Positions 47,325 through 58,181 of a stretch of 64,000 nucleotides of DNA are shown piece by piece. The stretch lies in NCBI GenBank assembly GCA_963822575.1, contig CAWGHZ010000007.1:1024739-1088738 (forward strand), read 5' to 3'. Position numbers and translations under genes: made by a program. Position 1 is the first letter of the stretch, and every line of letters starts with the position of its first letter. A model generated the notes under the pieces. That model did no database searches and had not been told where the DNA came from. It worked only from the letters and a program-made list of their open reading frames with translations. The stretch is from an uncultured Alphaproteobacteria bacterium (lineage in GTDB: Bacteria; Pseudomonadota; Alphaproteobacteria; MPNO01; DASWLB01).

Positions 47325-49991
47325 ATGCTGGACAAGACCTACAACCCGGCCGAGGCCGAGGCCCGCCAGTACGCCCGCTGGGAAGAGGCGGGCGCATTCG
47401 CCTGCGGCCACACCAGGGGCGGACCCGAGCCCGGCCAGCGCGCCTTCACCATCGTGATTCCGCCGCCCAACGTGACGGGCAGCCTGCACATGGGGCACGC
47501 GCTCAACAACACGTTGCAGGACATATTGGCTCGGTACGAGCGGATGCGCGGGCGCGACGTCCTGTGGCAGCCCGGCACCGACCATGCCGGCATCGCGACG
47601 CAGATGGTCGTCGAGCGCCAGTTGGCCGCCGAAGGCAAGACACGCCAGGAGATGGGGCGCGAGGCGTTCATCGAGCGCATCTGGAAATGGAAGGCGGAAT
47701 CGGGCGGCACCATCGTGGGCCAGCTCCGCCGCCTCGGCGCGTCGTGCGACTGGGCGCGCGAGCGCTTCACGATGGACGAAGGCCTGTCGGCGGCCGTGCG
47801 GCGCGTGTTCGTCACGCTCTACCGCGAGGGGCTGATCTACAAGGACAAGCGGCTGGTCAACTGGGACCCGAAGCTGCACACCGCGATCTCCGATCTCGAG
47901 GTCGAGAACCGCGAAACGACGGGCAAGCTCTGGTACTTCCGCTATCCGCTGGAGGGCGGCGAGGGCCACATCACCGTCGCCACGACGCGGCCCGAGACGA
48001 TGCTCGGCGACACGGCGGTCGCGGTGCATCCCGAGGACGCGCGCTACGCTCATCTGGTGGGCAGGCACGTCATTCTGCCGCTCGTCGGAAGGCGCATCCC
48101 GATCGTCGCCGACGAGTACGCCGACCCGGAGAAGGGCGCCGGGGCGGTGAAGATCACCCCGGCGCACGACTTCAACGACTTCGAGGTCGGGCGGCGTCAT
48201 GGGCTCGATATGATCTCGGTGCTCGACGCAGATGCGCAGGTGTGCGACCCGGCGCCCGAGCGGTTCTGCGGTCTCGACCGGTTCGAGGCGCGCGACCGCG
48301 TGGTCGCCGAGATGGATTCGCTCGGCCTCCTCGAGAAGATCGAGGACAACGCCATGACCGTGCCGTACGGCGACCGGTCGGGCGTGGTCATCGAGCCGCG
48401 TCTCACCGACCAGTGGTATGTGAATGCGGCCGAACTGGCGAAGCCCGCGGTCCAGGCCGTCGAGCGCGGCGCGACCGTGTTCGTGCCGCGCCACTGGGAG
48501 AACACGTTCTTCGAGTGGATGAAGAACATCCAGCCCTGGTGCATCTCGCGCCAGCTCTGGTGGGGCCACCAAATTCCGGCGTGGTACGGGCCTGACGGGC
48601 GCATCTTCGTTGCCGAGACCGAGGACACGGCGCGCACCGAGGCCGCGGCGCACTACGGCAAGGCGACGGAGATCGAGCGCGACCCCGACGTGCTCGACAC
48701 CTGGTTCTCATCGGCGCTGTGGCCGTTCTCGACGCTCGGCTGGCCCGATGAGACGCCCGAGCTCGCCCACCACTACCCGACCGACGTGCTGGTGACGGGC
48801 TTCGACATCATCTTCTTCTGGGTCGCGCGCATGATGATGATGGGGCTGCACTTCCGCGCGGAAGTGCCGTTCCACACCGTCTACATCCACGCGCTGGTGC
48901 GCGACGAGCGCGGCCAGAAAATGTCGAAGTCGAAGGGGAACGTGCTCGATCCCTTGGAGCTGATCGACGCTTACGGCGCCGATGCACTGCGCTTCACCCT
49001 GACGGCGCTTGCCGCGCAGGGGCGCGACATCAAGCTCGCCCCCGCCCGCGTCGAGGGGTACCGGAACTTCGTCACGAAGCTGTGGAACGCGGCGCGCTAT
49101 GCCGAGATGAACGGCTGCGCCGCCGCCGCCGGGTTCGATCCCGCCGCGGTGCGCCTCACCGTCAATCGCTGGATCGTGGGCGAGGCGGCGGCGTGCGAGC
49201 GCGCGGTGACCGAGGCGCTTGGCGAGTACCGCTTCAACGACGCGGCCGGCGCGATCTACCACTTCACCTGGCACACGTTCTGCGACTGGTATCTCGAATT
49301 CACCAAGCCGATCCTGACCGGCGAGGACGCGGCGGCGGCGTCCGAGACGCGCGACACGACGGCGTGGGTGATCGAGCAGATACTGCACATCGCCCATCCC
49401 TTCATGCCGTTCGTCACCGAGGAGCTGTGGACGCAGCTCGCGCCGTCCGGCGGGCGCGCGACGATGCTGGTGACCGCGTCCTGGCCGAAATTCGGCCCCG
49501 AGCTGGAGGACGCCGCGGCGCGCGACGAGATGGGCTGGGTGGTGCGGCTGATCGGTGCCGTCCGCGCGGTGCGCACCGAGATGAACGTGCCGGCGGCGGC
49601 GAAGATTCCGCTTCAGGTCGCCGGTGCCTCCGACGCCACCGCGTCGCGCATCGCAGCCCATTGCGAGCTGATCGAACGCCTCGCGCGGGTGACGGGCATT
49701 ACGCCCGCCCCGGCGGCGCCAAAGGGCGCGCTGCAGATCGTCGTGGACGAGGCGACGTTCCTCCTGCCGCTTGCCGGCGTCATCGACGTTGCGGCGGAGA
49801 CGGCGCGGCTCGCGCGCGAGCGCGACAAGGTGACGGCCGAGATCGGCAAGATCGACAAGAAGCTCGAAAACGAGAGCTTCGTCTCCCGTGCTCCCGCAGA
49901 GGTTGTGGAGGAGCAGCGTGAGCGCCGGGCGGACTACGCCGCGACGGCGGCCCGACTCGCCGAGGCGCTGGAGCGGCTGGCCGCGGTCTGA
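47325..49991 (+). CDS. valS: valyl-tRNA synthetase
   Basis: HIGH ([13 protein letters not shown]) and KMSKS motifs; 888 aa. Confidence 0.95.
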   Translation: MLDKTYNPAEAEARQYARWEEAGAFACGHTRGGPEPGQRAFTIVIPPPNVTGSLHMGHALNNTLQDILARYERMRGRDVLWQPGTDHAGIATQMVVERQLAAEGKTRQEMGREAFIERIWKWKAESGGTIVGQLRRLGASCDWARERFTMDEGLSAAVRRVFVTLYREGLIYKDKRLVNWDPKLHTAISDLEVENRETTGKLWYFRYPLEGGEGHITVATTRPETMLGDTAVAVHPEDARYAHLVGRHVILPLVGRRIPIVADEYADPEKGAGAVKITPAHDFNDFEVGRRHGLDMISVLDADAQVCDPAPERFCGLDRFEARDRVVAEMDSLGLLEKIEDNAMTVPYGDRSGVVIEPRLTDQWYVNAAELAKPAVQAVERGATVFVPRHWENTFFEWMKNIQPWCISRQLWWGHQIPAWYGPDGRIFVAETEDTARTEAAAHYGKATEIERDPDVLDTWFSSALWPFSTLGWPDETPELAHHYPTDVLVTGFDIIFFWVARMMMMGLHFRAEVPFHTVYIHALVRDERGQKMSKSKGNVLDPLELIDAYGADALRFTLTALAAQGRDIKLAPARVEGYRNFVTKLWNAARYAEMNGCAAAAGFDPAAVRLTVNRWIVGEAAACERAVTEALGEYRFNDAAGAIYHFTWHTFCDWYLEFTKPILTGEDAAAASETRDTTAWVIEQILHIAHPFMPFVTEELWTQLAPSGGRATMLVTASWPKFGPELEDAAARDEMGWVVRLIGAVRAVRTEMNVPAAAKIPLQVAGASDATASRIAAHCELIERLARVTGITPAPAAPKGALQIVVDEATFLLPLAGVIDVAAETARLARERDKVTAEIGKIDKKLENESFVSRAPAEVVEEQRERRADYAATAARLAEALERLAAV

Positions 49992-50178
49992 CCGTTGCCG
50001 AGGTGATACAGGTCACAATCGCGCAGGATTTTCCCGTCCAGAATCCTTAAACTTTGTGGGCGACGGACCACATTCATACCGGAGAGGCGTCACGACGGCT
50101 CGCCACGATGTGATCGGGAACCGTTCGGCAGCGCCGAGAAGATGCGCTAAGCTGTGGGCCCAGGCCCGGAGGTCGACC

Positions 50179-51774
50179 ATGGCGCGGTCGTTCTGGATAT
50201 CGTTGGCGGTCGCCGCGTTAGTGGCGGCGGTGCCGCAGGCCCAAGCCCAGTTCATGGGCGGCGGCCCCATGCCCGACGCGGTCATGCAGTCGCTGTCGGA
50301 TCGGCCGGACGCCGACAAGGCGCCCGGGCCCGCGGACGGGGCGCTGCGCGAGCTCTCGGGGCGGATCGCCTTCAGCGAGGAAGGGATCTCCTACACGACC
50401 GACGTCAGGGTCGAGATCACGTCGCTCTCACCGTTCCGCGGGCGGATGCTCGCGCCCGAGCCGCACCGCATCGGCGGCAGTCGCGATTTCCGGCTCGCGG
50501 CGGTAAGTCCCGCGCGGTGGTATGCGCTCTCCGAAGGCAGCTACGCGGACGGCACGCTCAAGTTCGAGCTGCCCTACGAATTCTGGACGGCAGGCGCGTC
50601 GGCGAAGCTGGAACGCTCGGGCGCCGGCTGGCGCGGTACCTTCACCTTCAAGACCCCCACCGCCTCGGTCTGGTTCGACGCGGACGGCAAAATCGATCTG
50701 CAGCGGGCGACCGGCCCGGCTCCGGCTCCGGCCCCCGCGACCGGCCCGACGATGATCGCCAAGGCACAGCCCAAGGCCGCGCCGCCCAAGCCCGCGCCCG
50801 CGCCACGGCCGGTCATCACCTGGAACGAACCGCGCCGGCCGGCGCCGCAGCCGGCAGCGAAGCCCGTCCCGGTGCCGCAGCCGGCGGCCAAGCCTGCCCC
50901 GGCACAGGTGGCCGCTCTGGCGCCAGCACCCGCGGCCAAGCCCCGGCCGGCGCCGCAGCCCGTAGCCAAACCCGTCCCGGCGCAGGTGGCCGCTCTGCCA
51001 CCAGCGCCGCAGCCCGTGGCTAGGCCGAAGCCTCGCCCCGCCGCCTCCGCCTTCGCCGTGCCCGACATCGATGGCCATCGCCTGGCCCTCGTCATTGGCA
51101 ACAGCACCTATAAGTCCGGCCGGCTGGAGAACCCGGTGAACGACGCGAAGCTGGTCACCGGCGCGCTGCGCAAGACCGGCTTCGAGGTGATCGAGGTGCT
51201 CAATGCCAGCCAGCGCGAGATGAAGCGCGCCATCCAGAAGTTCGGCGCGCGGCTGGACGAATATGGCAAGCACGCGGTCGCGCTGTTCTACTATGCGGGG
51301 CATGGCGTGCAGGCCAACGGCCGCAACTACCTGATTCCGGTCGATGCGCAGATCCAGCGCGAGACGGACCTCGACATCGAGGGCGTTCCGGCCGACTGGG
51401 TGGTGGAGCAGCTCGAGTTCGCGAAGAGTGCGCTCAACCTCATCATCCTCGATGCGTGCCGCAACAACCCGTTCTCTCGCGGCTTCCGCTCGGTCCAGGG
51501 CGGCCTCGCGCGGATGGACGCGCCGAGCGGCACGCTGATCGCCTACTCGACGGCGCCGGGCGAGGTCGCGGCCGACGGCGAGGGGGTGAACAGCCCGTAT
51601 TCCAAGGCGCTGGCGCAGGCGATCCTGATCCGCGGCGAGCCGGTCGAGCAGGCGTTCAAGGAGGTGCGCGTCGCGGTGCGCAGTGCCACCAAGGGCGCGC
51701 AGACGCCGTGGGAAGCTTCGTCGCTCACCGGCGATTTCTACTTCCTCCCGGCGACGGAGGCAGGGCGCCGCTAG
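50179..51774 (+). CDS. secreted caspase-domain (peptidase C14) protein with N-terminal unknown domain and Pro-rich linker
   Basis: Signal peptide; ALVIGNSTYK...YAGHG...DACRNNPF His/Cys dyad. Confidence 0.75.
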   Translation: MARSFWISLAVAALVAAVPQAQAQFMGGGPMPDAVMQSLSDRPDADKAPGPADGALRELSGRIAFSEEGISYTTDVRVEITSLSPFRGRMLAPEPHRIGGSRDFRLAAVSPARWYALSEGSYADGTLKFELPYEFWTAGASAKLERSGAGWRGTFTFKTPTASVWFDADGKIDLQRATGPAPAPAPATGPTMIAKAQPKAAPPKPAPAPRPVITWNEPRRPAPQPAAKPVPVPQPAAKPAPAQVAALAPAPAAKPRPAPQPVAKPVPAQVAALPPAPQPVARPKPRPAASAFAVPDIDGHRLALVIGNSTYKSGRLENPVNDAKLVTGALRKTGFEVIEVLNASQREMKRAIQKFGARLDEYGKHAVALFYYAGHGVQANGRNYLIPVDAQIQRETDLDIEGVPADWVVEQLEFAKSALNLIILDACRNNPFSRGFRSVQGGLARMDAPSGTLIAYSTAPGEVAADGEGVNSPYSKALAQAILIRGEPVEQAFKEVRVAVRSATKGAQTPWEASSLTGDFYFLPATEAGRR

Positions 51775-51843
51775 GCGGCCCTAGGCACGGCGCGGCCGTG
51801 TGACTATGCTCCCCGCAACCCGCCATAAGCGCCGAGGGGAGAC

Positions 51844-53604
51844 ATGCCCGAAGGAACGACTGCCCGCACCCGTGCCCGGCCGCAGGGAAAACGCTTCGAC
51901 AAGTCGCGCCTGCCGTCGCGCCACGTGACCGAGGGGCCGGAGCGCGCGCCGCACCGCTCCTACCTCTATGCCATGGGGCTGACCGAGGAGGAGATCCACC
52001 AGCCGCTGGTCGGCGTCGCGACCTGCTGGAACGAGGCGGCGCCCTGCAACATCACCCTCTCGCGCCAGGCGCAGGCGGTGAAGAAGGGCGCACGAGCGGC
52101 AGGCGGCACGCCGCGCGAGTTCACCACCATCACCGTGACCGACGGCATCGCCATGGGCCATGCCGGCATGAAATCGTCGCTGGTGAGCCGCGACCTGATC
52201 GCGGATTCGGTCGAGCTCACCATGCGTGGGCATTGCTACGACGCGCTGGTGGGGCTTGCCGGGTGCGACAAGTCGCTGCCCGGCCTGATGATGGCGATGA
52301 TCCGGCTCAACGTGCCGTCGGTGTTCATGTACGGGGGCACCATCCTGCCCGGGAAGTTCCGCGGCAAGGATGTGACGGTGGTCGACGTGTTCGAGGGCGT
52401 CGGCAAGTACGCCGCTGGCAAGTTCTCGGCGCGCGACCTCGCCGAGCTGGAATTGGTGGCCTGTCCGTGCGGCGGCTCGTGCGGCGGGCAGTATACGGCG
52501 AATACCATGGCCTGCGTGTCCGAGGCGCTGGGGCTCGCGCTGCCCAACTCTGCCGGCACGCCCGCGTCCTACGAATCGCGCGACGCCTTCGCCGAACAGT
52601 CGGGCGCGGCGGTGATGAATTTGCTGCAACTCAACCTTCGCCCGCGTGACATCGTCACCCGCGAGGCGCTGGAGAACGCGGCGATGGTGGTGGCGGCGAC
52701 CGGCGGGTCGACCAATGCGGCGCTGCATCTGCCGGCCATCGCCCACGAGGCCGGTATCAAGTTCGACCTGTTCGACGTGGCGCGCATCTTCAAGAAGACG
52801 CCCTACATCGCCGACCTGATGCCCGGCGGGAAGTACACCGCCGCCGACATGTGGCAGGCGGGCGGCGTACCCGTGGTAATCCGCGAGCTACTGGACGCGA
52901 AGCTCCTGCATGGCGACTGCATGACCGTCACCGGCAAGACCATCGCGGAGAACCACAAGGGGGTGCGTTTCCCTGCCAACCAGGACGTGTTCCATCGCAT
53001 TGCGAAGCCCCTGTCCAAGACCGGCGGCGTGGTGGGCCTCAAGGGCAACCTCGCGCCCGACGGCGCCATCGTGAAGGTCGCCGGCATGAAGTCGCTCGCC
53101 TTCCGCGGCAAGGCGCGCTGCTTCGACTGCGAGGAGGACGCGTTCGATGCGGTGCTGAAGAAGAAGATCAAGCCGGGCGAAGTGATCGTCATCCGCTACG
53201 AGGGGCCCAAGGGCGGGCCCGGCATGCGCGAGATGCTGTCGACCACCGCCGCGCTCTACGGCGAGGGGATGGGCGAGAAGGTGGCGTTGATCACCGACGG
53301 GCGCTTCTCCGGCGGCACGCGCGGCTTCTGCATCGGCCATGTCGGGCCGGAAGCGGCGGTCGGCGGGCCGATCGGGCTCCTCAAGAACGGCGACGTGATC
53401 GTGATCGACGCGAAGAAGGGACGGCTCGACGTCGAGCTGTCCGACGCCGAGCTGATGCGCCGGCGGCGCAAGTGGAAGCCGCGCATGCACGACTACCAGG
53501 CGGGTGCGCTGTGGCGCTACGCCCAGACGGTCGGCTCCGCCCGCTGGGGCGCGGTCACCCACCCGGGCGCGAGTGCCGAGACGCACGTCTACGCGGACAT
53601 CTGA
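51844..53604 (+). CDS. ilvD: IlvD/EDD-family dehydratase (dihydroxy-acid dehydratase-like)
   Basis: [16 protein letters not shown] Fe-S ligands; 586 aa. Confidence 0.85.
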   Translation: MPEGTTARTRARPQGKRFDKSRLPSRHVTEGPERAPHRSYLYAMGLTEEEIHQPLVGVATCWNEAAPCNITLSRQAQAVKKGARAAGGTPREFTTITVTDGIAMGHAGMKSSLVSRDLIADSVELTMRGHCYDALVGLAGCDKSLPGLMMAMIRLNVPSVFMYGGTILPGKFRGKDVTVVDVFEGVGKYAAGKFSARDLAELELVACPCGGSCGGQYTANTMACVSEALGLALPNSAGTPASYESRDAFAEQSGAAVMNLLQLNLRPRDIVTREALENAAMVVAATGGSTNAALHLPAIAHEAGIKFDLFDVARIFKKTPYIADLMPGGKYTAADMWQAGGVPVVIRELLDAKLLHGDCMTVTGKTIAENHKGVRFPANQDVFHRIAKPLSKTGGVVGLKGNLAPDGAIVKVAGMKSLAFRGKARCFDCEEDAFDAVLKKKIKPGEVIVIRYEGPKGGPGMREMLSTTAALYGEGMGEKVALITDGRFSGGTRGFCIGHVGPEAAVGGPIGLLKNGDVIVIDAKKGRLDVELSDAELMRRRRKWKPRMHDYQAGALWRYAQTVGSARWGAVTHPGASAETHVYADI

Positions 53605-53615
53605 AGGAGGTCGCG

Positions 53616-54164
53616 ATGGCGGACATTCCGCATTCCGAGCTCGGCCATGTCGGGATCTATGTCGAGAACCTCGATTGCATGATCGCGTTCTATGGCCGGG
53701 TGCTGGGCTACGTGGTGAACGACCGCGGCACGCCGCCCTTGGGCGGCAACGAGATGTGCTTCATGAGCCGGAATCCCGACGAGCATCACCAGCTCGTCTT
53801 CATGGCAGGACGCCCGGCGGGCGTGCCGTCGCAGATCGTGCAGCTTTCGCACCGCATGCGCTCGCTCGCCGACCTTCGCGCCATGCACGCGATCGTCGCG
53901 GCCGAGCGCGAAGCCTCGGACATCCAGCTTCGCGCCCACGGCATCGCCTGGTCGATGTACTTCAAGGACCCGGAGGGCAATATCATCGAGTGCTACGTGC
54001 CGTCGCCCTGGTACGTACACGCGCCCTCGGCCATCCCGTTCGACTTCGAGACCATGACGGACGAGCAGATTTTCGAGCACACCCGGACGGCGCTGGAAAA
54101 GCGCGACGATTTCCGGAGCTTCGCCGACTGGCGCAAGGACGCCGCGGCGCGCATGGGGGCTTGA
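53616..54164 (+). CDS. VOC-family (glyoxalase/bleomycin-resistance/dioxygenase) protein
   Basis: 182 aa; GGAGG RBS. Confidence 0.7.
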   Translation: MADIPHSELGHVGIYVENLDCMIAFYGRVLGYVVNDRGTPPLGGNEMCFMSRNPDEHHQLVFMAGRPAGVPSQIVQLSHRMRSLADLRAMHAIVAAEREASDIQLRAHGIAWSMYFKDPEGNIIECYVPSPWYVHAPSAIPFDFETMTDEQIFEHTRTALEKRDDFRSFADWRKDAAARMGA

Positions 54165-54167
54165 CTC

Positions 54168-54199
54168 TTAACGGATATGTTAATTAACATATCCGTTAA
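54168..54199. promoter_or_regulatory. perfect 32-bp palindrome TTAACGGATATGTTAATTAACATATCCGTTAA overlapping arsR start codon, with TTGACT -35-like hexamer upstream
   Basis: Read directly; candidate autoregulatory ArsR/SmtB operator. Confidence 0.6.
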
Positions 54200-54555
54200 T
54201 GAGTGACGCGACCGCCCAGCTCGACCGCACCTTCGCGGCGCTTGCAGACCCGACGCGCCGGGCCATTCTCGCCCGGCTGGCCGAGGGCGAAGCGACGGTC
54301 AACGAGCTGGCGGCGCCGTTCGCAATCTCGCTGCCGGCGATTTCGCGGCACCTCAAGGTGCTGGAGACGGCGCGACTGATCGTTCGCGAGCGCGACCGCC
54401 AGTACCAGCGCTGCCGCCTTGCACCGCGCGCGCTCACCGACGCGGCCGAATGGATCGAATTCACCCGCGATTTCTGGACCCGGAGCCTCGACCGGCTCGA
54501 GGCGCACCTCGCCAAGGAGAAGGACGATGCCAAGCCCCGCCGCCCAAAGCGCTGA
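54199..54555 (+). CDS. ArsR/SmtB-family transcriptional regulator
   Basis: ADPTRRAILARLAEGEATVNELAAPFAISLPAISRHLKVLETARLI wHTH. Confidence 0.8.
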   Translation: MSDATAQLDRTFAALADPTRRAILARLAEGEATVNELAAPFAISLPAISRHLKVLETARLIVRERDRQYQRCRLAPRALTDAAEWIEFTRDFWTRSLDRLEAHLAKEKDDAKPRRPKR

Positions 54556-54991
54556 CACTGCGCTCACCATCACGCGCCTCATCGACGCGACGCCGGAACG
54601 TGTCTGGAAGGCGTGGACCGACCCCGACGAGGTGGCACGCTGGATGGGGCCGGGCGACTGGTCGGGCCGGTTCAGCGCGACTGGCCTAAATCCCGGCGCC
54701 GACTATCGTATCGAGATGCGCCACGCCGACGGCGACGTGATGGTGGTCGTCGGTCGGCTGCGCGAGGTCGTGCCCGCCGCGCGCATGGTCTATAGTTGGG
54801 CGTGGCTCGGTGAGGACGGCAAGCCGGGTCACGAGACGCTGGTCACGCTCACCCTCCGCGCCGCCGGCGCGAAGTGCGAGTTGACACTGCGCCACGAGGG
54901 CTTCGAGAATTCCGAGTCGCGCGACAACCACACCCAGGGTTGGGACGGCGCGCTCGACAAGCTCGTCGAAGTGCTGGCGGGGAGACGATGA
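54527..54991 (+). CDS. SRPBCC (AHSA1/Aha1-like) domain protein
   Basis: RLIDATPERVWKAWTDPDEVARWMGP...; typical ArsR partner. Confidence 0.7.
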   Translation: MPSPAAQSADTALTITRLIDATPERVWKAWTDPDEVARWMGPGDWSGRFSATGLNPGADYRIEMRHADGDVMVVVGRLREVVPAARMVYSWAWLGEDGKPGHETLVTLTLRAAGAKCELTLRHEGFENSESRDNHTQGWDGALDKLVEVLAGRR

Positions 54992-55401
54992 TGGCGAAAT
55001 ACGCAGGCGGGTGCCGCTGCTCGGCGGTGCGCTACGAGACCGATGCCGAGCCGATGATGGCGTTCCAGTGCCAGTGCCGCGAATGCCAGCACGCGACCGG
55101 CGCGGGCCACGGCGACTGGCTGGTCTTCCCGCTCAAGGACATGACGATCCTGGGCAAGCCCGCGCGGTTCAACCGGCCGACCGACTCGGGCAATGCCTTC
55201 GTGCAGGAGTTCTGCAAGGATTGCGGCTCGCCCTTGTTCGGCCGGCCCAACGCCGTGAAAGACGCGATCGGCGTGTTGGCCGGAAGCCTCGACCATGCGG
55301 ACGTATTCCAGCCGCAGATGGTGCTCTACACCTCGAGCGGGCATGCCTGGGACAAGATCGACCCGGCGCTCAAGTCGTTCCCCAAGGCGCCGCAGCGGTA
55401 G
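54988..55401 (+). CDS. GFA-family (CENP-V/glutathione-dependent formaldehyde-activating-like) Zn protein
   Basis: GGCRCSAVRY...CQCRECQ...CKDCGSPLF cysteine pattern. Confidence 0.75.
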   Translation: MMAKYAGGCRCSAVRYETDAEPMMAFQCQCRECQHATGAGHGDWLVFPLKDMTILGKPARFNRPTDSGNAFVQEFCKDCGSPLFGRPNAVKDAIGVLAGSLDHADVFQPQMVLYTSSGHAWDKIDPALKSFPKAPQR

Positions 55402-55407
55402 GTCGCC

Positions 55408-56205
55408 ATGCGCGTGCGGGCTTCGTTCCGGGCGGCGTTCATCCTCGCGACGGGCGCGCTCGCGACGCCCGGTCTGGCCCGCATTGCGCATGCCGACTGC
55501 ACGCCGATCGCGAGCGCGCGACCGCTGGTGCAGTACGCGGCGTTCGAAAAAGTTCCGGCGGGCAGCCTGCGCATCACCTTCCTGGGTCACGCCTCGTTCG
55601 AGATCAAGTCGCCCGAGGGCACGCGCGCCGTCACCGACTATAACGGCTATATCCTGCCGAGCCGCGTTCCCGATATCGCGACGATGAACAACTCGCACCG
55701 GGGCCACTACACCGACGCGCCCGACCCCGCGATCAAGCACGTCCTCCACGGCTGGTCGACCGACGGCGTCGCCCGCTACAACATCCTGGTTGGCGACCTC
55801 CGCGTGCGCAACGTGCCGACGAACCTGGAGGATTGGGGCGGCAAGACCGTCAACGGCAACTCGGTCTTCGTGTTCGAGGCGGCGGGCCTTTGCGTGGCAC
55901 ATATCAGCCACGTCCACCATCGCCTCTCCGCGGACCAGGTGCGCGACCTCGGCGCCATCGACGTCGCCATGGTCGCGGTCGACGGGACCGTGACGATAAG
56001 TCTGGAGGAGCTGTTCGACGCGCTCGGCCGCATCCAGCCGAAGCTCGTGCTGCCGATGCATTTCATCGCCATGGGCTCGGCGGAGACGTTCGCCGCCGCC
56101 GCGAAGCCCCGCTACGACGTGCGCCAGAGCGACAGCGACACCGTTTACGTCAGTGCGCGCACGCTGCCGAATAGGCCGGAGGTGCTATTCCTCCGGGGGC
56201 AGTGA
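55408..56205 (+). CDS. secreted MBL-fold metallo-hydrolase
   Basis: Signal peptide; LGHASFEI, HxHxDH-like ATMNNSHRGHYTD region. Confidence 0.7.
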   Translation: MRVRASFRAAFILATGALATPGLARIAHADCTPIASARPLVQYAAFEKVPAGSLRITFLGHASFEIKSPEGTRAVTDYNGYILPSRVPDIATMNNSHRGHYTDAPDPAIKHVLHGWSTDGVARYNILVGDLRVRNVPTNLEDWGGKTVNGNSVFVFEAAGLCVAHISHVHHRLSADQVRDLGAIDVAMVAVDGTVTISLEELFDALGRIQPKLVLPMHFIAMGSAETFAAAAKPRYDVRQSDSDTVYVSARTLPNRPEVLFLRGQ

Positions 56206-56210
56206 GGCAG

Positions 56211-56819
56211 TCAGCCCCGCTTGCGCACCACGATGTTATAGAGGTGCCAGCGCTTCATCCGGCCCTTGCCCGTCTCGGCGACGCGCTCGATCTCCTCCAG
56301 CATCTCGATGTCGAGGCCGGCGAGCAGCGCGTTCAGCTCGTCGCGCGAGACGATGGTGATGCCGGGATTCGCCCACTCGTCGCGCGGCCCGTAGAGGTGG
56401 CCGGCGAAGCGTCCGCCCTCGCGCAACAACTCGACGATCCGCTTCCACAGCGCCGGGAACTTGTCGGGTGGGACGAGGGGCAGGGCGAAGCTGGAATTGA
56501 CGATGTCGCATGGGGGCCACTCGGCCTCCTCCATGCGCGCGCAGACCGGTTCCAGCAGGTGGCGGTTCGGCAGGTCCTCGCGCGCTGCGAGCGCGGCGAT
56601 GGCCTCCGGCTCGGGGTCGATCGCGCGGACCCGGAAGCCGCGCCGCAACAGCTCCTCCGTGTCGCGCCCGCCGCCGCACCCGAGGTCGATCGCGAACCCG
56701 TCCCGGCGGTGAATGTGCTCCGCCTGCCAACGGTCGAGCGCGTGGACCAGCGTGTGGCGCGGCGGGCGGCTCTCGACCCCGCGATAGTAAGGCGCGAAGC
56801 GGCTAGTGCTTTCGCTCAC
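56211..56819 (-). CDS. class I SAM-dependent methyltransferase
   Basis: GTG start with GTGA overlap to xthA; DLGCGGGRDTEELLRRGFRVRAID motif I. Confidence 0.7.
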   Translation of the reverse strand: MSESTSRFAPYYRGVESRPPRHTLVHALDRWQAEHIHRRDGFAIDLGCGGGRDTEELLRRGFRVRAIDPEPEAIAALAAREDLPNRHLLEPVCARMEEAEWPPCDIVNSSFALPLVPPDKFPALWKRIVELLREGGRFAGHLYGPRDEWANPGITIVSRDELNALLAGLDIEMLEEIERVAETGKGRMKRWHLYNIVVRKRG

Positions 56820-57592
56820 GCGTCGGCCAGCTCGCACCAGACGGGCGTGTGGTCCGACGCCTTGTCGCGGCCGCGCGGCTTGCGGTCGATGCCGGACGCG
56901 GTAAGCCGGTCGGCCGCCTGGGGCGAGAGGAGCAGGTGGTCGATGCGGAGACCGTTATCCTTGTTCCATGCCCCGCCCTGGTAGTCCCAGAATGAGTAGG
57001 CGCCCTTCTCGCCGTGCAGCGCCCGAAAGGCATCCGTGTAGCCGAGATGCATCACCCGACGGAAGCGGTTGCGCGATTCCGGCCGGCACAGCGCGTCGTT
57101 CGCCCAGCCCACCGGGTCGTACACGTCGTCGTCGGTCGGGCAGACGTTGAAGTCGCCACCGAGGACCAGCACCTCCTCGTTCGCCAGCAGCGCCTCGGCG
57201 CGCGCGGCCAGCCGCTCCATCCAGGCGAGCTTGTAGGCGAACTTGTCGGTGTCGACCGGGTTGCCGTTGGGCAGGTAGATCGAGGCGACGCGCAAATCGC
57301 CAGTGAAGGCCTCGACATAGCGCGCCTGTTCGTCGCCGTCGTCGCCGTCCAGTACGCAGACCACGTCCTCGAGCGGGCGCTTCGACAGGATGGCGACGCC
57401 GTTGTAGGTCTTCTGGCCGCAGAGCGCGAGATTGTAGCCCAGCTCCTCGATCTCCAGCCGCGGGAAGGCGTCGTCCATGCACTTGGTCTCCTGCAGCAGC
57501 ACCACGTCGGGCTTGGCCTCGGCCAGCCATTCGGTGACCCGCGCGAGCCGCGCCTTGATCGAGTTGACGTTCCAGGTGGCGATCTTGGTCAT
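56816..57592 (-). CDS. xthA: exodeoxyribonuclease III
   Basis: MTKIATWNVNSIKARL...; 258 aa. Confidence 0.9.
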   Translation of the reverse strand: MTKIATWNVNSIKARLARVTEWLAEAKPDVVLLQETKCMDDAFPRLEIEELGYNLALCGQKTYNGVAILSKRPLEDVVCVLDGDDGDEQARYVEAFTGDLRVASIYLPNGNPVDTDKFAYKLAWMERLAARAEALLANEEVLVLGGDFNVCPTDDDVYDPVGWANDALCRPESRNRFRRVMHLGYTDAFRALHGEKGAYSFWDYQGGAWNKDNGLRIDHLLLSPQAADRLTASGIDRKPRGRDKASDHTPVWCELADA

Positions 57593-57707
57593 GAGGCGAG
57601 TTTAGCAAACGGCGGGAGTCGCGCGAACGCTCATGCGGGCCGGTCGGGGACAGGCCTCTATGGAGGGTTGGGGAAGTCGTGTGGGGACGGTCCTCGACCC
57701 GCCCGAA

Positions 57708-58058
57708 TCAGATCGAGAAGGACGTCCCACAGCCGCAGGTGGAGGCGGCATTCGGGTTGGCGATCTCGAAGCGCGACCCGATCAGCTCGTCCACATAATC
57801 GACCTTGGCGCCGCGCAGATACTCCCACGACATGTCGTCGATCAGCACCTTGGCGCCATCGCGCTCGATGGTGCGGTCGTCGGCCGTCGGCGCGTCGTCG
57901 AACGTGAAGGAATACTGGAAGCCCGAGCACCCGCCGCCGGCCACGGCAATTCGGAAGGCCATGCCCCGGTGCTCGTCCTTGGCGAGAAGGGCGGCGATCC
58001 GGTGGACCGCCCGGTCCGTCAGCGTGACCTCCTCGGTCCTTTCCAGTGTTTCCACCAT
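57708..58058 (-). CDS. erpA: iron-sulfur cluster insertion protein ErpA (HesB/IscA family)
   Basis: GGGCSGFQY...STCGCGTSFSI. Confidence 0.85.
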   Translation of the reverse strand: MVETLERTEEVTLTDRAVHRIAALLAKDEHRGMAFRIAVAGGGCSGFQYSFTFDDAPTADDRTIERDGAKVLIDDMSWEYLRGAKVDYVDELIGSRFEIANPNAASTCGCGTSFSI

Positions 58059-58181
58059 ATCCGCGTCCCCTGTGTCACTCGGCCGCGCGTGCCTATTTAG
58101 GTCGCGATCCGGCCGAAATCAATGCGGAGAGGCCCCGATCCCTCCGTTGCACGGCCGCGCGGCCGGTTGTATCTCTCCCCC

